64,000 nt of DNA from Candidatus Levybacteria bacterium CG2_30_37_29 (GCA_001873215.1 MNYS01000008.1:2657-66656); one strand, 5' to 3'; positions 1 to 9,844 are shown, counted from the stretch's first letter. Made by a program: numbers and translations. Notes: generated by a model from the sequence alone, not told the origin.

Positions 1-64
1 ACCACTAAAAAGAGTGGTGTTTTTTTAAAAATCTGTTGTTCTGTCCAGATAATTTTTGGTAGTC

Positions 65-760
65 TCATATAGAGATTACTTGTAATGCTAAATAAATTAA
101 ATAAATTCCGGCCAAAAGAATTAATATTCCAGCGCTTTTTTGAATTAACGCCATGTAGCTTGTAAGAAATTTCCGCATTGCATTCTTTGATAAAGACGAG
201 ATAAGTGAAAACAGTATCATTAAACTAGACATGGCAAGAGCATATACAGAAAAATTAACCAATCCTCCGATCGTTCCTGTTTGAGCTAACGACTGAAAAA
301 TAACCAGTAAGAAAATCGGAAGGGTACATCCTATAGACCCAAAAGCGTAAGCAACCCCAAAAAGGTAAAATCTTTTTAATCCATCGGCATGAGTTCCGAG
401 AACAACTGGTGGCTTTATGGCAAACTCGTAGCCAAATAGTGATGATACACCCATAAAAATGAGTAATCCGCCCGCGCTAAGTTCTATCCAGGGAAATATT
501 GGAGCAATGAGACGACCAAAAATAGTGAGGATTACGCCAAAGACCACATAAACACTAATGAGTCCCAAACTAGCAAAAATGCCTGCTTTAAGACCAAAAA
601 GCAACTGCTTTATTTTATTGTCCGCTTCTGTTTCTTCTTTAACATAATAACCGACATACGCAGGGATTAGAGCGATACTGCATGGTGCAAAAAACGCCTG
701 CAATCCCGCCAGAAACGAGAAGGAAAGCAAAACTACGTTCATAGTAAACCAGTTCTCCAT
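65..760 (-). CDS. ccdA: Cytochrome c biogenesis CcdA / DsbD-beta-like membrane thiol-disulfide transporter
   Basis: About 6 TM helices; conserved FFAPCS..LIP and GCTLP cysteine-proline motifs. Confidence 0.85.
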   Translation of the reverse strand: MENWFTMNVVLLSFSFLAGLQAFFAPCSIALIPAYVGYYVKEETEADNKIKQLLFGLKAGIFASLGLISVYVVFGVILTIFGRLIAPIFPWIELSAGGLLIFMGVSSLFGYEFAIKPPVVLGTHADGLKRFYLFGVAYAFGSIGCTLPIFLLVIFQSLAQTGTIGGLVNFSVYALAMSSLMILFSLISSLSKNAMRKFLTSYMALIQKSAGILILLAGIYLIYLALQVISI

Positions 761-1025
761 GTTAAGAATTGGTTAAATATAAATCCGAGAATGATGATTA
801 TCAGTAGGACAATGGGTAACTTTTTGAGCAAAGCCGGTGAGTCTACCGTTAATTGCTGTATTTGTGGAATGGACTCATGGCTTTTCATTTTAAGTCCTGA
901 AATTTCCTCATCTGAAATAAAAATATTTTGAAAATTCCTACGAAAAAATAGATAAATGATACTTCCGACTATGGTAAGTGCTCCAGCAAATAAAAAAAAT
1001 CTGTATAGTCGTTTAAATTAATCAT
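739..1025 (-). pseudogene. Small membrane protein (~95 aa) with a 1-nt frameshift
   Basis: ATG at 1025 overlaps the upstream stop; adding one base to the A8 run at 992-999 gives a 96-codon frame with two hydrophobic segments ending at TGA 739-741; could be a homopolymer sequencing error. Confidence 0.5.
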
Positions 1026-1714
1026 TTTACTATTCCATGCCTTCCCTCAGCCCCTGCCCCTCCGTGGGATTCATGGGGCAATGCATTCTCGTTACCGGTA
1101 AACAATAGATAATCTTCTAGCATGCCTTTTGGGTACCAGAGGGCATACCAGCGATGCGACTCACCAACCAGTTGTTCGTCACCATATTGATTACCGTAAT
1201 TTTGAATCAAGAATCGGTACATTCCTCGCACAGCCTTAGCATGAGCACAACCACAGTTTTTAATCATAGCGACATTATTCGGACTACCACAGCAGTAACT
1301 ACAAGTCATCATTAACGAAATCAACTTTTGATATCTTTTTTCTTCATCTGCTGTTAATTTTATTGACGACTCAAAAGCTCCCCATTTCTTTTGTGCGTTA
1401 ACAGGGTCATCGAAAGAAATATCGCCGGGAGCATAAAACGGTTTACCTTTAGCAGTCATTACTACTTTGGCGTCTGTCAGTATATTTCCGCTATGAGGGT
1501 CTGCCATAACTTCAGTCATAGTAGGCCACTCGACTAACGTAGTAGTTTTCCCATCGGAATTTACTTTTGGAGCAACAATCATATGAGTCGTCCCTGTTTG
1601 CATTCCCATTGCGGCAGAAACTTGCGTTAACAAAAGTTGGTTTAAAAGGAATAGCCCTGCCAGAGAGAAAACAAGGATTTTTTGTAGTGGTATAATAACA
1701 ATTTTTCTAGTCAT
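1022..1714 (-). CDS. Exported Cys-rich putative metal-binding protein (CSYCC...CGCAH)
   Basis: N-terminal signal/TM; CxxCC and CGCxH motifs; His-containing tail. Confidence 0.7.
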   Translation of the reverse strand: MTRKIVIIPLQKILVFSLAGLFLLNQLLLTQVSAAMGMQTGTTHMIVAPKVNSDGKTTTLVEWPTMTEVMADPHSGNILTDAKVVMTAKGKPFYAPGDISFDDPVNAQKKWGAFESSIKLTADEEKRYQKLISLMMTCSYCCGSPNNVAMIKNCGCAHAKAVRGMYRFLIQNYGNQYGDEQLVGESHRWYALWYPKGMLEDYLLFTGNENALPHESHGGAGAEGRHGIVK

Positions 1715-1716
1715 AG

Positions 1717-2928
1717 TTATTTTTTTGTTTCACTTGGAGCCGGTGTCACGGCAACTTTACCTACAATCTGATTAGTTACTAAATCTCTATAAATTACCCC
1801 CTGAAGTTGCTGCATTTCCCGAAATACGTACCAGCCATCGGATTCAACCGTCCCAACCCCTTTCCAAACATTTTTTAAGTTCGTGTACTGTTCTACCTCA
1901 GGAGATAGAAGAATCGTGGGTACTTTAGTTATTTTATATTTATCAATTAAACTTTTCCCTTCTCCCGATGAAATATCAACAGTTCGTTCAGATAGAATAC
2001 CCACCCCATATCCTTGTTTCAGAATTGGTTTTTGTACTATATCAGCCTTATAACAATCACTGCATGTCGAATCGGTAAGATATAGCAAATCGACCAGCCC
2101 CAAAACTTGATTCTTCTCCAAATCTCTATAGGGTAAAGACAAATTACGTAGTACATACGTTTTGTCCTGTTCAACAGTGCCTATGCTGACCCAGCTAGAT
2201 TTGACACTATCATAGAAATCAATATCAGAGGATAAGAGAAGGGATGGTATTTTGGTAATCTTGTATTGATTAATAAACCTTTGGCCTTCCGATGAATTCC
2301 ACGCAACTTCCTTTTGATCTGTTACATTTACCCCTGCTTTTTTAAGACCTGCTACAGTCAATTTTGGATCAAGACATTGAGTACACGTTGGGTCGGCTAT
2401 AATAGTTGCAGTAATTCTGCCAACCTCTCGCTTACTTTCTGCATCGATAAAAACCGGAGCAACCTTAGTTAAAACAAAAGTATTGTTGATAACTTCACCA
2501 TTATTTTTAACAAAGGTCTCAAGATTGTTTTTTGTTATTTCTCCAGAAACAATATAGGTTGGAATTCTTTTAATGGAGAACTGCTTAACTAAACTACTGC
2601 CTTCTGCGGAATTAAGGCTATATGTTTTTTCCTCTTCGACTTTGACATTTTGTTTCTTGAAATTAGCGACAGCCGTATCGACATCAAAACAGTCCTGACA
2701 GTCAGAAGCAGTAATTTTAGTTATTTTAACAGTGGCAGGACGAGCTGCTTCTTTTGCCACAGCAATATTTTTATTAACTTCAGTAAGCGTTTTTGTAGAA
2801 AAGAGTGCTCCTGTGACAGTTGTAAAAAGTGCGATAGCTAAAATTATCTTTGGCCAAGAGATGTTCAGTTTCTCTCTTTTGATACCTAGCCACGACACTA
2901 TATTAAATATAACTTTTTTCATTTTCAT
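1717..2928 (-). CDS. Membrane-anchored protein with three tandem thioredoxin-like CxxC repeats
   Basis: CQDC, CTQC and CSDC, each followed by EG..L...Y.I.(K/R)(I/V)P(T/S); one N-terminal TM. Confidence 0.75.
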   Translation of the reverse strand: MKMKKVIFNIVSWLGIKREKLNISWPKIILAIALFTTVTGALFSTKTLTEVNKNIAVAKEAARPATVKITKITASDCQDCFDVDTAVANFKKQNVKVEEEKTYSLNSAEGSSLVKQFSIKRIPTYIVSGEITKNNLETFVKNNGEVINNTFVLTKVAPVFIDAESKREVGRITATIIADPTCTQCLDPKLTVAGLKKAGVNVTDQKEVAWNSSEGQRFINQYKITKIPSLLLSSDIDFYDSVKSSWVSIGTVEQDKTYVLRNLSLPYRDLEKNQVLGLVDLLYLTDSTCSDCYKADIVQKPILKQGYGVGILSERTVDISSGEGKSLIDKYKITKVPTILLSPEVEQYTNLKNVWKGVGTVESDGWYVFREMQQLQGVIYRDLVTNQIVGKVAVTPAPSETKK

Positions 2929-2955
2929 AATATTAAAAACGGGTTGCTGTAACCA

Positions 2956-3243
2956 TTAGCACCCGCCGACCATTGACTCTGGTACATCTGCATTGCTTCC
3001 GGTAGTAGATGATCCACTATTTGTGGTTGTTGTAGTAGCCGGAGATTCAGCTCTTACTGAAACTGAACTAGCTTTAGAGCTGATACGTACTAATTGGAAT
3101 GTTTGGAAAAGAGTAATTGCTGCTACCAGTCCCAATACTACAATTTGTAGGTTTGGTTTGGGAACACGCAACACAAATGTTTGATCGTATTTCTTCCTTG
3201 GTGCTTCTTCGACAGAAGAAGCTGTTTGCGATAATTTAGTCAT
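2956..3243 (-). CDS. Small single-TM protein with Ser/Thr linker ending in MVGGC
   Basis: GGAGGTGA RBS upstream; TM segment; C-terminal GGC. Confidence 0.75.
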   Translation of the reverse strand: MTKLSQTASSVEEAPRKKYDQTFVLRVPKPNLQIVVLGLVAAITLFQTFQLVRISSKASSVSVRAESPATTTTTNSGSSTTGSNADVPESMVGGC

Positions 3244-3321
3244 AGTATCTCACCTCCATTCAGAATAAATCGTAATGATTAGTTAAATGTAGCAAGATGA
3301 AAATGAAGAGAAGATGAAATG

Positions 3322-4041
3322 CTAGTCCGATGATCTTTTGAGACTTATTGTTCTGGCACCAACTAAAAATTCATACATAGGTCCCCAAACTAAACCCTAG
3401 GAAAGTCCCCAGAGCATCTCTGTCCAGGGAATATGTTTGAAGATAATAATCCCTTCAGGTTTGCCAGATAACTTCCATATCCAAACCATCCACGCATGAC
3501 CTTCCGGGAAAACTTCCTGCCCCAGAAAGTAGATGGCAAACATCACCCCGGCAACCATTAATGCCGATCCTAACGCATTTGGTATTAGATCAGGGCGCCT
3601 ATAAAGCATGTAAGCGGCAGCAATGATCATTCCTACTGAACTGGCAAAGATTGAATTAAGGCCTAAAAGATTATTTAAAATCAGCATCGAAATTCCTACC
3701 ACTGCAAAGAATACGAATAGAAACCACTCTCGCTTCAACTTTTTCTCTTCGCAGGTACAAAGACCTCTGACAAACAATGATTCATAGGCAAAAGCGCCTA
3801 TGCCGCCAACAGAAAAGCCAAACAGGATATCTTCTACCCCTCCAATAAAAGGAAGCGGTAAGGCTATTTCCGGTTTTCAATAGTCAGCAAAGTACCAAAA
3901 CTCGGAAATCGGACCGAAAGAAGCGGTGATCGAACTCATGATTAGCATCGGCCGACGTAAAACCTTTGCTTTCCAGTAAATGAACAACCAAACAGCAAGA
4001 AAGAAGAAGTTTACGATAAAATATGCGTATTTGAACTCCAT
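3322..4041 (-). pseudogene. Lycopene-cyclase-domain-like membrane protein with two in-frame stops
   Basis: A single frame from ATG 4041 to TAG 3322 is interrupted by TGA (3877-3879, context DY*KP) and TAG (3397-3399, context WGLS*GLVW), both at likely Trp positions. Confidence 0.65.
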
Positions 4042-4044
4042 GAT

Positions 4045-4230
4045 TTACATTGTATCTTTTTCTTGGTTGGGTATCCAAGCATCCGGATGAGCCTCAAACA
4101 TTTTTTTGTCATCCTCCGCACAGAAAAAATAAACCTTTCCCTTATAAACTGTTTGGGCTTCCATCTGACTTTTAGGTTTAACCATACCACAAACATAATC
4201 CTTGACTGGTTCATCAATATTTTCAGTCAT
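4045..4230 (-). CDS. YHS domain protein
   Basis: KDYVCGM...YKGKVYFFC...F...P motif; AGGAGGTGA RBS. Confidence 0.85.
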   Translation of the reverse strand: MTENIDEPVKDYVCGMVKPKSQMEAQTVYKGKVYFFCAEDDKKMFEAHPDAWIPNQEKDTM

Positions 4231-4325
4231 AGTTCTGAATCACCTCCTATTGCCTACTGTCTGCCAGGACCAGCCGAGTACCCAGCCGGTTACCCAGGCT
4301 GAAACAGCAGCAGTAATGCCTCCCA

Positions 4326-4540
4326 GCAAGAAATTCTGTTGACGGCGGACAAATAATTTACAGCATAGACATCGGCAAGATCGTTTCTTTGCGCTTCCCG
4401 ACATTTTGGTTTGAGCCAACTCCGCAAGGACTTTTTATGCTTCAAGTCGCCTTTGGCCAGTCAAAATATTATTCTGACAATTTGTCGGAAAATGTAAAGC
4501 GTTGGATTAGGCAAAAACTCAGGCGGGGCGAGCGAGCAAC
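4326..4540 (+). pseudogene. Internal fragment of a large serine recombinase (resolvase family)
   Basis: ARNSVDGGQIIYSIDIGKIVSLRFPTFWFEPTPQGLFMLQVAFGQSKYYSDNLSENVKR; no N-terminal catalytic Ser region or C-terminal domain; abuts the tRNA-Pro 3' end. Confidence 0.8.
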
Positions 4541-4572
4541 CAAATGCCCCTCAATTTTCAAAATGTCTGAAT

Positions 4573-4648
4573 TGGTCGGGGATAGAGGACTTGAACCTCC
4601 GACCTCACGGTCCCAAACCGCGCGCTCTACCAACTGAGCTAATCCCCG
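4573..4648 (-). tRNA. tRNA-Pro(TGG), CCA encoded
   Basis: CGGGGAT/ATCCCCG acceptor, CGCGG-TTTGGGA-CCGTG anticodon arm, TTCAAGT T-loop. Confidence 0.96.
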
Positions 4649-4735
4649 AAATATTAATAATAAATAAACTGTACTTATTCTATCTTTTATTACATCTAGA
4701 TTCAAGCCTGATTATGGTACAATAGTATCTATATA

Positions 4736-5470
4736 ATGCTTTATCCGATATTATTATTTACATTTTTGGCTTCTATAGCATCGCTTTTTTTAGTTGCGAT
4801 TATGCTTCTTCAGGAAAAAAAAGTGAAAAAAATTTCATTTCATCTTGTGTCTTTTGGAGCGGGAGCCCTTCTTGCAACAGGATTTACAGATACTATGCCT
4901 GAAGCAGTACAGTTATCAAAAAATTCTTTTATGTATGTGACTGCTTTTATTGCTTTGTTTTTCTTAATTGAACGTACTTTCTTGCATTTTCACCACCACG
5001 AGCATGAGGAAGGTAAAAATTTACGGCTTCCTGTTCCATTTTTGATGTTCGGAGACGCACTTCACAATTTTATTGACGGAATTTCTATTGCAACAACTTT
5101 TTTAATTTCTTTTCCGCTTGGCTTTATTACGTCAACCGCAGTTTTTATCCACGAAATTCCCCATGAATTGGGTGATTTTGGTATTCTTTTGCACTCTGGT
5201 TATTCAAGACGAAAAGTTTTGGGATTTAATATTCTTACCGGACTTATGGCATTTGCTGGAGCACTAATTGGATTTTACTTTGCTCAAAACGTTAGCGGCA
5301 CACTACCTATCTTACTATCTCTTACAACTGCTAATTTTATTTATCTTTCATTGACCGATTTGCTTCCTGAAATTCATGAACAATCAAAGGGAAATGCCTT
5401 TGCTCATGTTTTACCTTTTTTTCTGGGTGTTACATTAATGCTTCTTCTTACACAATTCTTCAAGGGATAA
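4736..5470 (+). CDS. ZIP family divalent metal transporter
   Basis: His-rich loop, HNFIDG and HEIPHELGDF motifs. Confidence 0.92.
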   Translation: MLYPILLFTFLASIASLFLVAIMLLQEKKVKKISFHLVSFGAGALLATGFTDTMPEAVQLSKNSFMYVTAFIALFFLIERTFLHFHHHEHEEGKNLRLPVPFLMFGDALHNFIDGISIATTFLISFPLGFITSTAVFIHEIPHELGDFGILLHSGYSRRKVLGFNILTGLMAFAGALIGFYFAQNVSGTLPILLSLTTANFIYLSLTDLLPEIHEQSKGNAFAHVLPFFLGVTLMLLLTQFFKG

Positions 5471-5497
5471 TAAAAGAAAACACGAGGAAAACAATAC

Positions 5498-6007
5498 CTA
5501 TTCAACAATAAGCTTACCAACCATTCCCATTGCTCTGTGTGTTCCGACACTGCAATAATATTCAAAAGTTCCTTTTTTGCTGGCCACAATAGTTACTGTG
5601 TCGCTTTCTCCGCTTGAAATTCTTTTTGTTCTTACATTAAACTCGTCTATTACAAAATCATGCGTTCCTCCTCTGTTTGTAAAAACTATTTTAATTGTAT
5701 CCCCAAGCTTTGCGCTAATTTTGTTTGGAGAAAATGAAAAATTTTCTCCTGTTATGGTTATTGTTTTTGTCGTAGGAGTCACTACATTACTTGGACTCGG
5801 AGACGCACTTGTGGAAGAAATCGGTGGCGCAACGGCAACTGTAGCCGTTGGCACTGATGTATTTGTAGTTTGAGTTGGTTCAATAGTTTTTTTGGAACCT
5901 CGTAACGCAAAAAATCCAATACCTAGAAGAACAGATGCAATTAGTACTATGGCAGTTATAAGAGGGGCATTACTACCGGTAGAGTCTTGAGTATTTTCCT
6001 CTTCCAT
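5498..6007 (-). CDS. Membrane-anchored cupredoxin (plastocyanin/azurin-like) protein
   Basis: TM plus Thr/Pro linker, GTHDF and YYCSVGTHRAMGM type-1 copper ligands. Confidence 0.88.
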   Translation of the reverse strand: MEEENTQDSTGSNAPLITAIVLIASVLLGIGFFALRGSKKTIEPTQTTNTSVPTATVAVAPPISSTSASPSPSNVVTPTTKTITITGENFSFSPNKISAKLGDTIKIVFTNRGGTHDFVIDEFNVRTKRISSGESDTVTIVASKKGTFEYYCSVGTHRAMGMVGKLIVE

Positions 6008-6058
6008 GTAGCCTTATTTAACAATAAATGCATTTTTTTGTCAAGGCGTCCATGTTCT

Positions 6059-6113
6059 GTGCCAATTTCAGCTTGCCTGAACTTGGCACTGAAATTACGT
6101 TGTAATTTCAGTG
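6059..6113. repeat. Double-hairpin repeat at the tRNA 3' end (family also at 30234-30322 and 30584-30626)
   Basis: GTGCCAA...TTGGCAC hairpin followed by CACTGAAATTAC-GTT-GTAATTTCAGTG overlapping the tRNA end. Confidence 0.8.
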
Positions 6114-6183
6114 GACCGGAAGAGATTCGAACTCTCAACCCCTTCCATGCCATGGAAGTACGCTACCGTTGCGCCACCGGCCC
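6112..6183 (-). tRNA. tRNA-Ala(GGC)
   Basis: Cloverleaf with G3:U70, CTTCC-ATGGCAT-GGAAG anticodon arm. Confidence 0.93.
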
Positions 6184-6221
6184 TTATTAGAGAATAGTGA
6201 CTAAGTATTAGGAATTAAAAT

Positions 6222-6256
6222 CTATTACCTATTGTCTAATACCTATTACCTAACTT
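6222..6256. repeat. Degenerate 7-bp tandem repeat (CTATTAC x5)
   Basis: ctattac ctattgt ctaatac ctattac ctaactt. Confidence 0.65.
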
Positions 6257-6299
6257 TGTTATTGTACAAAAAAAGACGTTTGATGTGTAGTGGTACAAT

Positions 6300-7529
6300 A
6301 TGCTTATGGAAATTCCCCTTGCAGAGAGAATGCGACCTGTAACATTATCACAATTTGTCGGGCAAGATCACCTTGCAGGAATTGGCGGGCCAATAAGAAG
6401 CATGATTGAAAATAGGAAAGTCACTTCAATGATTTTATGGGGTCCTCCGGGAGTCGGCAAAACAACTCTTGCTCATATAATCGCTTCGTCAATTGACGCA
6501 AATTTTGTTTTTTTCTCAGCCGTAACAAGCGGAGTAGAGGATGTACGAAAAGTAATTAAACAAGCAAGGATAGACATTGAAAACAACAAGAAGCAAACAG
6601 TGCTTTTTGTCGACGAAATTCATAGATTTAATAAATCTCAACAAGACGGTTTTTTACCTTACGTTGAAGACGGAACAATAATTTTAATTGGTGCAACAAC
6701 TGAAAATCCGGGATTTCGCGTCAACGCGCCTCTTATTTCAAGAAGCCAAGTTTATAAATTGTCAGAACTTGCAGACGTGGATATAAAGAAAGTAGTCGTG
6801 CGAGCAATTAAATTTTATAAAAAAAATAAATGGGACAAAAATGCTCTGGATCATATCATAAAACAAGCAAACGGAGACGCCAGAAATGCGATAAATGCCA
6901 TAGAACTCGCCGCATCAATTTCAAAAAGCGTAACTCTTGAAATTGCTGAAGTCGCCGTTCAGCAAAAAGCAATTTATTATGACAAAAAAGGGGATTTTCA
7001 TTACGATACGATTTCCGCATTCATTAAATCGATGCGGGGAGGCAATCCTGACGCAACTCTTCACTATTTGGCGCGTATGATAAAGTCAGGCGAAGACCCG
7101 CTTTTTATCGCACGAAGAATGGTTATCTTTGCGAGTGAAGATATAGGCAACGCTCAACCTACAGCACTTGTTGTTGCGACGAGCTGCATGCAAGCCGTAC
7201 ATATGATAGGAATGCCTGAATCCCAGCTTATTTTAGCGCAAACAGCAACCTATCTTGCAACTGCAAAAAAATCTATTGCTTCAACAAGCGGAATTTTTGA
7301 AGCTCTATCTGACATAGATGAAACAAGACTTGAGCCTATTCCTTTGCATCTTCGAAACGCAGCAAACAAAGTTATGAAACAATTTGACTACGGAAAAGGA
7401 CATGTACGCTATCCGTGGCTTGTTGAGAAAGAAACCAAACAAAGAGTAGAACAGGCCATGCCTGCCGGCAGGCAGGAATATATGCCAAAAAATCTAAAGG
7501 GGAAAGTTTACTACAAGCGAGATTGGTAA
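6300..7529 (+). CDS. rarA: Replication-associated recombination protein A (AAA+ ATPase)
   Basis: LAERMRP, GPPGVGKT, VDEIHRFNKSQQD, SAFIKSMRG, ASEDIGNA. Confidence 0.95.
   Translation: MLMEIPLAERMRPVTLSQFVGQDHLAGIGGPIRSMIENRKVTSMILWGPPGVGKTTLAHIIASSIDANFVFFSAVTSGVEDVRKVIKQARIDIENNKKQTVLFVDEIHRFNKSQQDGFLPYVEDGTIILIGATTENPGFRVNAPLISRSQVYKLSELADVDIKKVVVRAIKFYKKNKWDKNALDHIIKQANGDARNAINAIELAASISKSVTLEIAEVAVQQKAIYYDKKGDFHYDTISAFIKSMRGGNPDATLHYLARMIKSGEDPLFIARRMVIFASEDIGNAQPTALVVATSCMQAVHMIGMPESQLILAQTATYLATAKKSIASTSGIFEALSDIDETRLEPIPLHLRNAANKVMKQFDYGKGHVRYPWLVEKETKQRVEQAMPAGRQEYMPKNLKGKVYYKRDW
7457..7476. repeat. Palindromic element C(A/C)TGCCTGCCGGCAGGCAGG, in frame within rarA
   Basis: One mismatch to the copies at 31804 and 32226; encodes AMPAGRQ. 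Confidence 0.9.
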
Positions 7530-7546
7530 TTGTGTATTATTAATTT

Positions 7547-8416
7547 ATGGGTAAACTTCTTAAAGCAGTAGCTGTTTTAATTGTTCTATATTTTGCAATT
7601 TCTTATTACATTGCTAGTAAAATAACTGAAGAAACTGCAAGAAATATTGACGTATCCGCTGATTTTATTGCTCCTAATTCTGAGAATGTTTCTTTTTTTA
7701 CTACAGATAAACTTACGCTGAAAGGATGGTGGTTTGAACCATCAAGAAAGAAGGTTATCGTTTTCGTGTCGGGGATTTTAGATAATAGAACGAATGCTGG
7801 ATACTATGGTGTAGATTTAACTCGCGAGTTACTTGCAAAGGGATACGGTGTTTTACTTTATGACACTCGCGCAAGAGGGGAGTCTCAAGGCACTGTGCGC
7901 GGAAAAAACGAAGAACTTGATGTAATCGCAGTTGTAAATTATCTTAAACAAAAAGGAGTAGAACCTAAAAATATCGGGATTATTTCATTTTCTTCGGGTG
8001 CATCAGCAACACTCATGGCAATTGACAAAATAAATGACATAGGACCTGTTGTAATCGATAGTTCCCCAACATTTTTTAAACGCGTAACTGACAATATTTT
8101 AATAAAGGAGCAACATGTTCCGTCTTTTATAATTCCGGGTGTATATTTTATGACTAAATTTGCGTTCGGAGTTGACATAAATTCGATTAAGCCAATTGAT
8201 CATGTTGAAAAAGTACCAAATAGGGTTTTTCTCTATCTCCATTGCGCAAATGACACAAGCATACTTCCAGAAAACAGTAAGGAACTTTTGACAAAATCCA
8301 ATTCGAAAAGTAAACTCGTGCTTTTTCCAAAAGGTAAACACGTAGAAACCTATAAAAAGAATCCAGAGATGTATAGAAAAGAAGTTTTCAGTTTTTTAGA
8401 CAAAGCAATGAAGTAA
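7547..8416 (+). CDS. Alpha/beta fold hydrolase, membrane-anchored
   Basis: LKGWW, YDTRARGESQG, SFSSG nucleophile elbow, C-terminal His. Confidence 0.8.
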   Translation: MGKLLKAVAVLIVLYFAISYYIASKITEETARNIDVSADFIAPNSENVSFFTTDKLTLKGWWFEPSRKKVIVFVSGILDNRTNAGYYGVDLTRELLAKGYGVLLYDTRARGESQGTVRGKNEELDVIAVVNYLKQKGVEPKNIGIISFSSGASATLMAIDKINDIGPVVIDSSPTFFKRVTDNILIKEQHVPSFIIPGVYFMTKFAFGVDINSIKPIDHVEKVPNRVFLYLHCANDTSILPENSKELLTKSNSKSKLVLFPKGKHVETYKKNPEMYRKEVFSFLDKAMK

Positions 8417-8436
8417 TTACTTTAGGTTATTGAATA

Positions 8437-8967
8437 CTATTTACTAATAGTTACGGATCCGTCAGTAAAGGAAGCTTTATATTGCTGTTTTAATTCAATT
8501 TTTGAAAGATCATCTGCAATCAATTTATTAATCACACCTTGCGCTAAAGAAGAAAGTATCGGATTATTCGGAAGCGATCCAAATTGAATGCTTAGATTTG
8601 TTGCATTTGGTACACTTCCCGTTAAATCAACTCCCGCGGTAACATAAAATGAAGGAGTAATTGACCCAAGATTTTTTTTACCTGAAAAGTGGGCGAGTCC
8701 TTTTGTAAAACAAATTTTACCGTCTTCAACTTGTCCTCCAATATAATTCTGGGCTAAGGTTGTTGCCTCACCATCAGTTATGGTAATTGAACCCTTTTCT
8801 AATGCGTCTCCTATTTCCTTATCACTTCTTACCCCTGCGGCTTGACTTTGACACTGCGGTGCTTGTCCGAGCAAAGCTGCCGCTCCCGCTCCTGCGCTTC
8901 CTACAACAATTACACCTAGTACCATAAAAATAATTGCAATAGCTCCGAATCCTTTTTGGCTTCCCAT
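8437..8967 (-). CDS. Hypothetical exported protein with a type III (prepilin-like) signal
   Basis: MGSQKG|FGAIAIIF hydrophobic N-terminus. Confidence 0.65.
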   Translation of the reverse strand: MGSQKGFGAIAIIFMVLGVIVVGSAGAGAAALLGQAPQCQSQAAGVRSDKEIGDALEKGSITITDGEATTLAQNYIGGQVEDGKICFTKGLAHFSGKKNLGSITPSFYVTAGVDLTGSVPNATNLSIQFGSLPNNPILSSLAQGVINKLIADDLSKIELKQQYKASFTDGSVTISK

Positions 8968-9031
8968 ATTTAACCTTTATACTTTTTTAGCCCGATTTTG
9001 TCAAGCGTTTAAAGATTTATATTTTTTTTGT

Positions 9032-9352
9032 TTAGAGCAATTTAAAATTATGGGCAGTAAAAAACAGTGTAATAATAACAACACCTAGCAGCGTAACCAC
9101 AAAAAGAGAATTGAGCGATCTTCTTAGAAAACCTTCAGGATGCTTTTGGGGTAATAGATAAAACATTGCGGTAGAAATAGCATACAGGTCTATTGCAAAA
9201 ATGCTTTTTGATGTCCAGTGATGACCGGAAAAATTTTTTAACCAATCTTTTAGAGGAACTGATAATTCCGCCCATATAGTAATAATAACGACAAAAGCAA
9301 TTGTTATTATTGCCGCATACGCGGATGAAATAATTAATTTTTGTTTATTCAT
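9032..9352 (-). CDS. Hypothetical membrane protein (GHHW motif)
   Basis: Three TM segments. Confidence 0.7.
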   Translation of the reverse strand: MNKQKLIISSAYAAIITIAFVVIITIWAELSVPLKDWLKNFSGHHWTSKSIFAIDLYAISTAMFYLLPQKHPEGFLRRSLNSLFVVTLLGVVIITLFFTAHNFKLL

Positions 9353-9361
9353 AAAAATATA

Positions 9362-9844
9362 TCAGCTAGTTGCTCCCCAGCGCGCCGCAGCGGAAATTAT
9401 AAATCCCATCGCACCGATAAGAAGACCAAGAATAGCAACGAGTCCTGAAAGCCGAATGGCAAAACTACGAAGCTTTAAATGATCCATATCCTTATTCTCG
9501 AGGAGGGTAATGAATAACACCGTCACGGCAATCGGAATAATGAATAGAAAAATATGCTCTTTTGTTTCCATGATGATATTATGCGCCCATGGCGCAAGAC
9601 CGCTTTTGATTACAGGCTTTACAAGCGTTCCATAATAAACAACGTAGTAATATCCACCGGCAACCCAGCTTATAATAAAAGCAGAAACGCCTATTAATGC
9701 TGTTACAAACTTGCTCTTGAGTGAAGAACTATTATCTTTAAATTTTCCTAGAAGCCATAAAAATGCATCAATTCCGATAATAGCAAAGCCAAGGTGAATG
9801 CCTATAAGAACGGGTTTGTTTTGAAGTATGGAAATTATATCCAT
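9362..9844 (-). CDS. Hypothetical four-TM protein with conserved His (PWAH..IMETKEH)
   Basis: Hydrophobic profile; start set at MDIIS. Confidence 0.7.
   Translation of the reverse strand: MDIISILQNKPVLIGIHLGFAIIGIDAFLWLLGKFKDNSSSLKSKFVTALIGVSAFIISWVAGGYYYVVYYGTLVKPVIKSGLAPWAHNIIMETKEHIFLFIIPIAVTVLFITLLENKDMDHLKLRSFAIRLSGLVAILGLLIGAMGFIISAAARWGATS

Noticed and set aside
3322-4041. In-frame TGA suggesting stop-codon reassignment (code 4 or 25)
   Set aside because: The same gene also has an in-frame TAG, and TGA terminates intact genes such as tig and rplT; nonsense mutation is the simpler explanation.
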